Source: Sphyrna mokarran (Eukaryota). From it: DNA of 64,000 nucleotides. This document shows, piece by piece, positions 11,467 through 23,490 of this stretch. The stretch spans positions 32,922,001-32,986,000 of the forward strand of contig JAGIQG010000023.1 in NCBI GenBank assembly GCA_024679065.1, in the 5' to 3' direction. Position 1 is the first letter of the stretch. Each line of letters begins with the position of its first letter. The translations under genes were made by a program, and so were the position numbers. The notes under the pieces are model-generated. The model saw only the letters and a list, made by a program, of their open reading frames with translations. It did no database searches and was not told where the DNA came from.

Positions 11467-12119
11467 GTAGAGTTGCCATTTATTAGTTGCCTTGCTTAGA
11501 GACTGGAAAGGTCAGGCACTGTTCTTGTGCTTTCACAGATAATGGCAATTTTATCTGAACACTTTGAGGGCTGCTGTTGAATTTTTCACAAATCAAGTGG
11601 GACTAAAGTGACATTTCCTTCAAACAATTCAGAATAAAAGAAATTCCATGCTTCTGTACCATTCTTTAATTAGCCCGTGAAATGATTATAATTATGCTTA
11701 GAATTCCCCGATTAGGTACAAATGAAAGATTTCAGTACGAAAAAATTTAAAATCATCTGCTTTAATGAGATTGATTTTCTTTGAGCTAAATAGTTTCAAT
11801 ATGGAATATTCTTTCTTTGCAGTTTATTTTAACAATATATAAGTTTAATCTGCTTTAGTTTTAAACTGCATTATAAATGCAGACCAGCCCCAAAATCATG
11901 CTGCCATTTATGTTGGTGGGATCTTATGGTGCACTCCAGCGGTTTCCAGTGGCAAGAGATGCATTCAACAGGAAGCTGTGTTGATAACAGCGGACCATAA
12001 GTCATCGCCAGTGAGTGGTGTGCCACCTCCTTGCCACCGCCAAACACACTGTACAGAAAGAGAAAAATCCCACTCTGCATTAAAGTAGAGGATGGAACTC
12101 AACCTGTAGTTAACTTCTG

Positions 12120-12415
12120 TGGCACAGTGGCCATCCAAGTGGTGGCCTCATAGCACCAGCGATCCAGGTTTGATTCCCAACTTGGGTCAATATCTATGCA
12201 GTGTTTGTATGTTCTCCCCATGTCTGTGTGGGTTACCACTGGGTGGTCCATTTTCCTCCCACACTCCAAAAGATGTGCTGGTTAGATGCTACGGCCATGC
12301 TAAATTCTCTCTCGGTGTACCCGAACAGGTGTCAGACTGTGGCAACTGGAGGATTTTCACAGTAACTCCATTGCAGCGTTAAAGTAAGCCTACTTGTGAC
12401 ACTAATAAATAAACA
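12120..12415 (+). mobile_element. tRNA-derived SINE with the alternative actaataaataaac tail
   Basis: SINE core plus tail ggattttcacagtaact...aagcctacttgtgacactaataaataaac; related copies at 20390-20660 (+) and 36180-36545, 37495-37765, 47970-48095 (-). Confidence 0.85.
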
Positions 12416-13339
12416 TCAAAAAAACTTCAAGAAGCACTCAGAATTGGCAAGTATATTGAAGATTGAGTTACACAGATTTGTTCATCAACAAGAAGGTCAA
12501 GTGTTATTCAGATAGGCAAGGACTTTAGGCCACAATTTGAAAAATGACAATCATTATGAATGGCAAAGCAGACTCGGTGGGCTGAGTGGCATACTCTTCC
12601 ACTTATTTCTTCTGATCTTAGGTCAATGCCAGAGGAATGTGACAGGGCTCACTCTCACAGGCTGTTAAGGATGTCCTGCTACTTCCTTTCAGGCTCCTAT
12701 AGCCCCACTGAAGCCTGAGGTCAATGGCACCAATATTAGGGTGGGAAAATGTTCAGAAACATTTTAAAGAAATCCATTTTTACCACTACTACAAAAATGA
12801 TGTTTGAGAGAACATTCACCCAGAGTAAAAAAAATCTAATCCAAAAAGCTGCTGGGCTAATCAACAAGGAAAAAGTACTAAAGTTTTCCAAGCTAACATG
12901 ATAGCATTCAAAATAAATGATCCAGTCCCCAAATCCATCTGAGAAAGCCCATTTATTTATTTAAACAGGGCAACTGCAAGCTTATCAGCAAGGCTGCGGG
13001 GATAATAAATGATTGGTCTGCCTAAGTAATGAATTTCTCCAATTCAATTTATATTCTTCCAACATGCTTGTACAGGTGTTGAAACTTGTACTGCGTGTTA
13101 AAAAATGCTGCCACTTAACTAGGCTCCGCCCAAAATATATGAATGATTAAAGGTGATACCCTCCACAGTGGTTGCTGGTGTTGGGATTTCTGAAGGTTGA
13201 TGGGACTCATCAAATGAGCTGTAACTCAGCAGTGGCTAGCTATCATAAAGATCACCTTTTGTCAAAGCTTAAAGGCATAGAAAGATGTAGAAAGATCTTG
13301 ACCCTTTTGTTTTCACTTCATTTAATTTTTAACTGTTTT

Positions 13340-13791
13340 CTAACTTTTACTTCTTTATTGTCTTTTTCTTCCTCAGCACTCTTTCCCCCCATTTTATTCC
13401 CTCTCTCTTTATCTTTTTCCCTCTTTATTTCCCTTTCCTCCCTTTTTTCCCATTTTATCACTCTCCCACCCATCCCCCCACACACTCCACCCCCATATCC
13501 CCCTTTTGATTTCAGCTTCTCTGCCATACGGTCGTACACACCTTCTATTCTCTTTATGGACTGTCATTAGTAGTCTTTCCTCTTGTTTCTTGTAGCAATG
13601 ACTCATCTTTCATTCGCTCACTATGCAGTATAAATATTGTTCACTTTCGATGCCTTTTAGCTTTGACAGAGTCATCTGGACTCGAAACATCAGCCTTTTC
13701 TCTCCTTACAGATGCTGCCAGACCTGCTGACATTTTCTAGCATTTTTTCTTTTGGTTTCAGATTCCAGCATCCGCAGTAATTTGCTTTTAT
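13340..13791 (+). mobile_element. Penelope-like element 3' terminal repeat (pyrimidine-rich tract plus degenerate hammerhead core)
   Basis: gagtc-atctg-gactc-gaaac at 13669-13688, then cagatgctgccagacctgctga...gattccagcatccgcagt; the same module recurs at ~28490-28735, 38255-38370, 40250-40390 and 57785-57860. Confidence 0.6.
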
Positions 13792-14189
13792 CGTAAAGGT
13801 CACAATCATTTCTTTAATACAAATAATTTGATCGCTCCTTGAGGGCAGTGAGAAACATACACAATAGTCCCAGTCCAGCTGATACAAAGCATACATTCAA
13901 TCTCCCCACATGGCATTTGATTTACTTACTTCTCAGCGACATTGCATGAATTGTATTTTGCACATTCTGTCGCAAAATTTTATTGATTATTCCATCTGAG
14001 GCCAACCTCAATCAAATTTAGCAACATCCTTAAAATTCACAGGATTTATACAATATTTTACAGATGCACAATCACAGGTGGCTACAAAAATCCCCAATAC
14101 CAGTTCGCAAGGAAAATGAGGAAAAAATAGAAAGTATAATTATTTTGATGGTCCTTTCCTGACTGCAGAGAATGTGTGAAGATTTCTTT

Positions 14190-14470
14190 TATTCATTCAT
14201 CAGATATGGGCACCGCTGGCTGGGGCAGCATTTGTTGCCCATGTCTAATTGCTCTTGAACTGAGTGGCTTGCTCAGCCATTTCATTTAAAGTCAACATAT
14301 TGCTGTTGTTCTGGAACCACATGTAGGCCTGACCAGTTAAGAATGGCAGATTTCCTCCCCTAAAGGAACTGATGGGTTTTTATGTTAATTAACGATGGTT
14401 TAATGGTCAGATTTAATTCTAATTTGCCATGGTGGAATTTGAACCCAGATCCCCAGAGCACACTCCAGCA
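14190..14470 (-). mobile_element. SINE of a second family with LINE-derived tail
   Basis: cagcatttgttgcccatgtctaattgctcttga tail and ggtggaatttgaaccc B box; relatives at 33340-33965 (-), 35430-35785 (+), 60595-60860 (+). Confidence 0.7.
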
Positions 14471-14569
14471 ATGGTACCACTGTCACAGATAGATTTTTTA
14501 TAAATGAACTTGGCTATTGTAAAATAGGGAAACGTGGCAGCAGATACATGTACAGCAAGGGGCAGGAAA

Positions 14570-14975
14570 TAGAAAGCAAGACTTGCATTTATAATAGTGT
14601 CTTTCACAAGCACAGGACATCTCAACATCTTACAGTTTATAATGTATAGTCACCGTTGTTACGCAGGAAATGTTGCAGCCAGTTTGGGCATAGCTAGTAT
14701 TCAGTAACATGGTAAAGATAAGCTTTTTTTTGTAATGTTGATTGAAAGATAAACATTAGCCAGGACACCAGGGATGATTCCCCCATTCTTCTACAAAATG
14801 GCAGGATTTTTAACATCCACCTAAACGAGCAACCTTGGTTTAACAGTTCATCCAAAAAAAAACTCATAATACAGCACTCCCTCAGTACTGGATTAGCTAT
14901 AATTTTTGTGTTCAAGTCTTGGAGCAGGCCTTAAACCCGCAACATCCTGACTCAGAGACATCACAGCTGACACCT
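14570..14975 (-). mobile_element. DeuSINE-type (SacSINE1/AmnSINE1-like) SINE
   Basis: cagcactccctcagtactg, ccaggacaccagggatgattcccc and ctgactcagag...cacagctgacac motifs resemble the Deu-domain consensus as recalled. Confidence 0.65.
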
Positions 14976-15734
14976 AATAAATGACTGAACAATCTGTTGT
15001 ACTGATAAAAAAGATGTCCTCCATTAAAACATTGCATTAATTAATGGTTTAGTTGAGGGCTAATTTTAATCAGTTAAAAATAGATATTAAACAAAATTTC
15101 TGAACTCAGAAGGATGGTAAATATTTATGTTGTAAATAATTTTCCCCCTCCTTTTAACTTTGGTGATTTCAGTGGAGAGAGGCATTAAATCAAGAGGGAG
15201 AGTGATCCTGCCATCATCCTGCCACTTCCCTGAACAAAATAGTGGATAGAAGGCATCTAAAAATGGCTTTTCTGCTCCTCTGGCAAATTTTGCTCTTATA
15301 TGAGCATTTAATTGACTGGTCTTCGCCTGTGAGGTTTTGCAATGAGGGAAGCCTGAAGAGCCAACCCTGGCATGTTTGCTTGTGGGCCTCCAAGTGGGGT
15401 CCCACATTGTCAGGCATTTAGACCCTGATCGAGGCACCCAGCATCAGAAAGATTTGGGTTGGGTGGGAAGACAGCCACACTCTACCTTGCTGCTGACCCA
15501 CTTCCTCCACCAATCCACTATCACTCACCTGTTTTAGTCCAAAGGATCCTAGGCCTCTGGTGGGTGTAGTACCAGCAGCAGCCAAACATGTTGCAGTGGA
15601 GCTGCTAAGCAATGAAAATTTGCCAGCCTTTCATTGGATAGTTGTTAGCAGGCATAACTTCCACCCCTGGGATTCTTGATCCCGAGTATGATTTACCACT
15701 GCATGGTTAAGTGACTAAGTGCACCTCCTGGCAG

Positions 15735-16018
15735 GATGGCACAGTGGTTAGCAGACACAGCACCAGGGACCCAAGTTCAATTCTGGCCTTAGGTGATTGT
15801 TTGTGTGGAGTCTGCATGTTCTCCTCATGCCTGTGTGGATTTCCTCTGGGTGCACTAGTTTCCTCCCACAGTCCAAAGATGTGTGGGTTAGCTGGATTAG
15901 CGAGTAAATGTATGGGGCGACAAGGAAGGGCCTGGGTAGGATTTTCTGTTGGGGAATCGGGGAAAACTCAATGGGCCAAATGATCTCCTTCTGCACTGTA
16001 GGGATTCTATGATTCTAT
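15735..16018 (+). mobile_element. HE1/V-SINE-like SINE
   Basis: A/B boxes, core, and (attctatg)n tail. Confidence 0.88.
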
Positions 16019-17129
16019 AAGAGGCGACATGGGGGTCCTTAGATGCTCTCCAGCTGGCAGACAAAACCACTTTGCCTTCAATAAACACTGCCTCCTGTTC
16101 CTCGTCTGTGTTCTGTCATTGACTCAAATTTAAACAAGAGATTTTTGGGAACTGAACAAACCGTATTAAATGCTGACTGACCAGATTCAATCTGTAATGT
16201 AATCCAGTCAAGCTTTGAGCATGAACATGGGCTGAAAAAATTAGGAATATTTTCCAACAACTAAACTTTAGTAATCTCTGCAGTTTAATGAAATATCTGT
16301 GGATAGGTGCACATTCACAATACAAATGGATGCATCGGCTGACTTATTGCTGTATATGTACTGTTAGTTCTCAGTCAGACTGAATCCTCTTCCCGATTCT
16401 TTAGAATTCAATATAAATTCTTTATTGCAAGAATAACTGGGTAAAAGTGAAAAGTTAATAATCTCGCGTTAGTACAATTAGATCATCTTTTCCTCATGCT
16501 GTAGGATATCTTTCCTTTCATATATATTTTATAGCAGATTTTTTTTGATTATAGGTTTTGTGACGCATTGACATGTGGTAAAGAGTATTTAAGGTTGACA
16601 CTGTTTGCTTGCTTTCAGCCTCAACGGTTCGTTTTAACTGTGGGAGTTGGCCAGGGCACCATTAATTCCCATACATTTGAATCTGAATGGAGGGTCAGAC
16701 AGATTCTTGTGAAAGAACAGAGTTTCAAATGTTCAAGGTACTGGCTTGGATTTTCATCCCCAAGTCAGGATCAAAATGGAGTGCAAATTGCAAGCAAAGT
16801 GAGCAAGTTTGGTCAATGGGGATTTTTAAATCTCAGTATCTTTAAACTAATCATGTCTGCAATTAGCATTTGACTGGCATTTGCTTAAAGTGAGTAAACT
16901 AATAAAGTAAGTTCCTTCCACAAGGATAAGCAAGTCCTGTTGGAGAGTCCCTGATTAGTTAATTGGCTAACTAGACCAATTTAATTGTTATAATCTCAGC
17001 TCTAATAGTGAGGTCTGGCTACAGTCTTGTAAATGGAGTCCAGATTGCAAACAAAATCGCTGACATGAGTTCTTGTCTAAGGGGAGGTATTGCTCTTTTT
17101 TTCTCTTACTTTTTTTCCTCACTTTGATA

Positions 17130-17470
17130 AACTAATTGGCCTGGCAAAGCTTGCCATCAACAAGTCCAGGCAGCGAGTGACTGAGAGAGTTATCCAACTG
17201 TCTGCCTCTCTACTCAGCTATATTCACAGCAGGGTGCCCCTGGAGAGGAGCATGTGGTGTCTAAGGGCATCATTAACACCTTACGTGCCTGCTAGGTACT
17301 ACAGGGACTAGAGTGCATTATTGACCCCTTTAGTCACATTTTGATTTGATGGTTTAAGTTTTCTTTCTATTTTGCCTTTTGTTTTGGATGGCTCCCCTGG
17401 TTTTTGGGAGCTGCCCTTTTTAATTCATTCACTCGTTAATTTGAGTTAGTTTATTTAGTTTGTCAAAAAG
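17130..17470 (+). mobile_element. Tx1-like (L1 group) LINE 3' fragment
   Basis: LIGLAKLAINKSRQR...YIHSRVPLER in ORF 17090-17311 resembles the Tx1 ORF2 C-terminus; T-rich tail follows. Confidence 0.65.
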
Positions 17471-17589
17471 ATTGGTAAATTAATTGGAGATTAAGAAATG
17501 TACAGCTCTTATCTGAAACTGGCACTAGCATTTAATAAGTAAGCAGTATGCATAGGAATTATTCTAAGTTAATAAAGACTAACTAACTA

Positions 17590-19510
17590 AACGAACTAAA
17601 TAACATAAGTAACAACAGCAGGTCAAGTCTTGAGTTGAAGTTGTGGAATGTGGGAGCTTCCGGACACTAATGCAATCCAGGACAAAACTGCAAATGCAAA
17701 CAGCTGGCAGAATTCTGGATTAGGAGTATTGATCTGGGATCTGAATAGTGGATGTTGGGATGGTGTATTCTTGCACTGTGCTGGGATCAGCCTCTTAGTG
17801 AGCTGTGTAACTAATAAAGTGAAGAGGGTTTTAACTAAATAGTGGGTGCAAGGGATCAAGTTTGGGAAGATATGATAAATCAAAGAATAGAGACAGTGTA
17901 AGAGAGAAAAATACTAATGTGGGAAATGATAACTAGACTGTGACAGAAGGGGGACCGAGAGTACAAATCCATGAGTAAATCAGAAGATAAGACTACAAGT
18001 TACAAGTTACAAGCTACGAGGACAAAACTGAAGACTGTGGACCTGAATGCAAATTGCATTCAGATAAATTTGTAGTGCAAATAAAAATAAATAATTATGA
18101 TCTGATAACCCTTAACAGAGACATGGCTGTAGAATGACATAGTTTGGGACCTCAATATTGAAGGCTATATGGAATTTTGAAACGACAGGAAGGTCGGGAA
18201 AGGAAAAAGGATATCGTTGTTAATTAATGATGGTATTAGCACAATAGAGAGGGTTGACTTCAAATTAATGGTTTGGTTAAAGAAGAGAAATAATAAACAC
18301 AAGAGGTCCCACATTAGAATGCTGTACAGATCCACTAACTAACCATTTGGTAGGACATGTATAAAGAAGAAATCATGGGAGCTTGTCAGAAGAGTACAGG
18401 GATAATCATGGGGGATTTTAATTTATATATGGACTGGAGAAATAAGAGAGACAAAGATGGTCAAAATGAAAAATTCGTAGAATATTTTCAGGATGGTTTC
18501 TTAAACTAGTACATTTGGTACCAACCAGAAAGCAGAATATTGTTCAGTGAGATCAGATTAATTAATGACCTCATAGTGAAGCAGGAGTGATCATAATATG
18601 ACTTAATTTTATTCAGTTTGGGGAGAAAAGACAGGTTCTAAGACTGAAGGAGAAAAGATGAGATTTGCGACAAGTATTTTAAACTAAAGAGCAATTATGA
18701 GGGCAAGTTAAAGCGAACCCACTAACTAGGTTAAGGGATTAGTCAGTACAGATAAATTGGCTGACATATCAAGGTTATTTGACCCTGCATCCATGGATTC
18801 CCCAACCTGGCTCCCACTGAGTGCCAAATTTTCCATTCTCGCTGGCAATGATGACGGAGTATGAATGGCCAGAGAATTCCAGCCAGAATCAAACTTAAAA
18901 GAAAGCATATAAGTGTGAAAAGATGATGACAGGACATAATATTGAACAGAATACTAAGACCCAGTACTACCAGGCCTAGAATGTGCATGCTATTTTTCAC
19001 ACATGGATCACAAAACTTAGGTAGCTGCTGATTTACATGGCCAGCTGCCTCCACGAACTGTGCATGCCCAAGTCTTGACCCGGGCCATTTCCAATCCCAT
19101 GAAAATGCTAGGTATGGTGTTTGGGAGCAGATGTGCTCTCCATTGTTGTAAAAATCTAGACCATTAAAAGCAACAACCTCAGATGGCTATGGTCATAAAA
19201 AATAACTTGAGGTGTCACGGTGATTCAATATTAAAGCTTACTAGTTCTATAGCTTATGCGTAAAGTGCAGATTTGTGTTTGACTTTGTAAAAAGAATGTC
19301 AAGGCAATTAAAATTTTATAAGTACAGATTCAATAGAAATGTTTCCAGTGTGAGGAAATAAAAATATGTGGAGTAACTTAGAGTTGTGACAGTTCCTCTT
19401 AGAATAACAAAGATTAGAGGATAATTCGATAGAGGTGGCTAGAAGTGGAAGGAGATCATTTCTAGTGGCTGGGGAATCTGAAACAAATGGAGAGAGATGC
19501 AAGATTTGAT
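17590..19510 (+). mobile_element. Old fragmented CR1 (ORF1 piece, endonuclease, RT end) with a MITE-like insertion at ~18740-19160
   Basis: CGMWE ORF1 motif (~17642), TETWL (acagagacatggctg, ~18115), IIMGDFN (~18402), RLEDNSIEV (~19412). Confidence 0.75.
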
Positions 19511-22500
19511 ATAAAGGGTTGTAAGACTGTTGAACAAGCTTTTTGACAAATATGTGACACTGGATAGTGATGGTAGTGAGGGAGTGCTAAGTATCGTTAC
19601 AAATGATATGTTGGGAGGGAGTTTTCCATTCCTGTTTTCAGAGGGACAGTAATGGTAGAGGAAGCAGAGGATCAAGCAGAGTCATAAAACTGCTTTTACA
19701 CCTGCAGGATTTCCTTGCTTAGTTGTCCACTCTATCCTGCCAATGACGTAACAAGAATCCCAAAAGTCAAGATCCCTATTTACATTGATTTGAATCTCAT
19801 TATCAGGCCTTTATGCCTGACCCTCCCACGTTACAGTATCCATTCATATCGGCATGAGGGCGCATGGCATGAATCACACAACAGATCACCCAAGACGTGC
19901 ACTAGGCAAATAGAACCTGCCGGAGGCACTAAGGTAAGTACAGTCCTCTCTCGGAGAAGTGGGTCATGTCTAAGCAGTACCTTGGCACTTCTGTGGCACT
20001 GCGTGTTCTATGAGGACAATGTTATTGAAGGATGTTCTGTTTGTATGGGTGGTGAGGGGAGGGGAGGGGCCTGGTGGGGGACAGTTCTGTTTCACTTTTT
20101 AATAACTTTCTAAACGTTTCCATTTTTATTCATGCACATTACAGGTAGGGTGGGTTTATTCTGAGCCCACCATGGCAGCATGATGTTAAGGCATGATTCC
20201 ATCCCTTGGAATTTTTTTGGCAGAATAGGCAAATCAGAAGTAGCCCACCAGCAATATAGTGTGAATCCACGCATGCTTTCTTTTCCAACTAAGCCTCACA
20301 CTATATGGTGTAAAATGCCGCTTTATCTGCCCAACATTAGACTTTGCCCACACCAGAGAAAATTCCAGTTTGTGTTTTCCGGTCACACACTGCTGCCTCA
20401 TAATGCCAGAGACACAGGTTTGACCTGGCTTCGATCACTGTCTGTGCAGAGTCTGCAGGATCTCCCCATGTCTGCGTGTTTCCCCTGGGTGCTCTGCTTT
20501 CCTCCCACAATCTGAAGGTTGTGCTGGTTAGGTGCATTGGCCATCTAAATTCTCCCTTAGTGTCCCCAAACAGGTGCCAGAGTATGGCAACTTGGGGATT
20601 TTCACAGTAACTTCATTGTCATGTTAATGTAATCCTACTTTTGAACTAGTGATAAATTATTAAAACTATTGACGATATAAAATTCAATGTTGTTTGAGAT
20701 AATTTTCCATTGTTTTCAAAACCAGAATAACATAAGTTCAACAATACAATGTAATGAGCAGACAGTGCTTGATGTTTGTTTCTGTCCAGTACTACATTAT
20801 AGAATTCTTCTGAAGAGCATATCCTGAAATTGCTACGCACAGCAATATTTTTTGATGCCAACAGGATTTTTCAAGTTATGCTTCCTATTCCATTATCTCC
20901 ACCTTGTCCTTTAAAGGATGTCTAAAAATAAATCAACACTCAGTTATCCGCAAAACTGGCCTCCTTCCATCTGGAATACTTAATAAGTGTTATAATTCCA
21001 TAGGGTATCTGTAAATCAAAATAACCAAGTTTACTGAGTCACTCCAAATGAAGAGATTAACAATAAGATTCTACTCTTTAAAGCTTTTACTTTAGCAGGA
21101 ATCAGATCCAGTGCAAATTAAATATGAATTAATAGACAAAAGAAACATAAAATAAATTTCAGTTTAAACAATGGATACAACAAAGATACATCTCTCACAA
21201 CCACAAGCATCCATATCACTTGCTGCATAACTATGGCACTATATAGCAATACAATGTGCTGTTCTTTATTCATGCAGGAATGCTATCTGACTGCAGCTTT
21301 CACCTCATAGTTTAAAGCGTATAATTATCATCAGCACACTTCCATCAACCCTCTCTCCCACGGATCACAACAGTTTTGATGGTGTATCTTTTCAGAGTTA
21401 TTTTTGAACTGACCAACGGATAATACCCTAGTTCACAATTCAGCTGTGGCTGTTTCAAATCTGTTAGCTATTTTAACAGTTTTCCAGGTTTTAGACATTT
21501 TAGCCAGCTTGAACAGCATCTCCAAGAATTTCTGTCTTTTTCCCCAAAATAGAAAAACTGACATCTTCCAGGGAGTGATTTGCTTCTTCAGTGTATTCCT
21601 TTTCCTTTTCTGTCTGCATCTGGGCTTTCACCCTCCAACTCTTCTGATTCTCATTCTCCTTTGTGTCTGCCAGTCACACAGTTTCTTCCTTAACTTCCTT
21701 CCTGTGGTACTGCCTGCAAATCAAGGGTTGCCAAATCAATATGGACTAATATTTCATATAGTCCTAGAAAATTACAATTGATGCTGATTCTTACAACATT
21801 CTTTCAAATTAATTACAGGACCCACAGACTCTGTATTTCAAGAAGGCAACTCACTGCCACCTTCTCATTGGCAATTAACAATGAGAAATAAATGCTGGCC
21901 TGGCCAGTGATGTCCACATCTCATGAACAAATAAATTTAAAGTAAGACATTTCAAAGAAATTACAAATTCTTCTTGCCAAACTGCTTCCAAGTCAAAATT
22001 TATCACATGAATGTACTTTGCATTAATGGAGGATTATTCAAAGTTAAAGTGACTAAATTCAGGTTGACTTCATCCATGTTGTTATCCATTGATTCTATTA
22101 AAAAAACTTTCTAAGTTTTAAATCTACTGTTACCATTTAAGATAAAACAAATGTGTTAAAACATCAGGAGCAAGTCCTTTGCTCTTTAAGGGAGAGATTT
22201 TACAGCCTAAGCGAGACCGTAAATTCCTGCCTGATGTCAACAGACATTTCCATGGTCCGCCCCTCACCCACTCCGATTCCATGGCAGGCTGAGTGGTAGA
22301 ATTCTGGCATATATCTCAGCAACACACCATATCCAGGATTTGCATCTCTTACCAAAGAATATTGGAATATTCTTGTCTTTTCTGTTCTGTGGATCTTTCC
22401 GCTTTCTGTCATGTTTTTGAAACATTATTTAACACTCATTTCACCATGTTTGAGAAAAATAACTAGCCAATTTGGTCTCCTTGCCTCTCTCCTGCCACAA

Positions 22501-23166
22501 AACTGAGCAGTTGAATAATTATACCATGCATGCTGGTAATATGGAAGCCTGCAGTCAAATTCATTGCTGCTGCCCAGAGAGCCAATAATAGGCAGCTCAG
22601 TATAGGAGTGGCAAGCATCTCATGTAGACAGAGAATTGGCTGAAGAATTGCCCTATGGCAGAATTTTTCACAGATAACATTTCCTAGCTTCTTAGCTATT
22701 CACTGCTGATAATATTACTGCTTTATAGCTGGGAGACAGGCTACAATGGAAGTTAATTAGCATAATTGCATTCAAACTCCCTCAAGACTGGACACTTGCT
22801 GGTGAGGTGGGATAAATTAGAAATTCCTTAAAGTAAAATGTCCCTTGGTTTAACTCAAACAGCTAATATCCACTTAAATGTGTTTGAGATAAATATAGAG
22901 CCATTATTATTGTACCCTGTAGTCCACAAATAATTCTATCACTTAAGTGGGCCCGTTCCTGTCATCCATACCTCAGCCTTAACCCCTGTCCCTCACATCC
23001 CTCTTCCCATGAGCTTGGGTAACTAAAGTAACTATAAACCGGACTGCACGCAATACCAGGTTTGGTATTGCCCACCTGTTAGTGTTTTTGAGCTACCAAC
23101 TTCTCTCTGATGGGTGAGATGGATTTGAACAAAGCAGTCTGAGAAATACTTTAAAAAACATAGCTG

Positions 23167-23490
23167 GTGGCATAGAGGCACAGTGGTTAGCAATGCTGCC
23201 TCACAGTGCCAGGGACCTGGGTTTTATTCCTGGATTGGGTCCCTGCCTGTGTGGAGTTTGCACATTCTCCCCATGTCTGTGTGAGTTTTCTTCAGGTGTT
23301 CTGGTCCCTCCCACAGTCCAAAGATGTGCAAGTTAAGTGGATTGGCCATGCTAAATTTCCCCTTAGTGTCAACAGAACTAGCTAGGGTAAATGCATGCGG
23401 TTATGGGGATAGGGGCTCGGTGGGGTGCAGTCAGTGTAGACTCAATGGGCTGAATAGCCCCTTCTATATTGTAGGATTCTTTGATTCTCT
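23167..23490 (+). mobile_element. HE1/V-SINE-like SINE
   Basis: ggcacagtggttagcaatgctgcctcacagtgccagggacc head, core, tail. Confidence 0.88.

Noticed and set aside
13172-13606. Hydrophobic and Lys/Glu-rich ORFs (also 41596-41931)
   Set aside because: Low-complexity pyrimidine/purine tracts.
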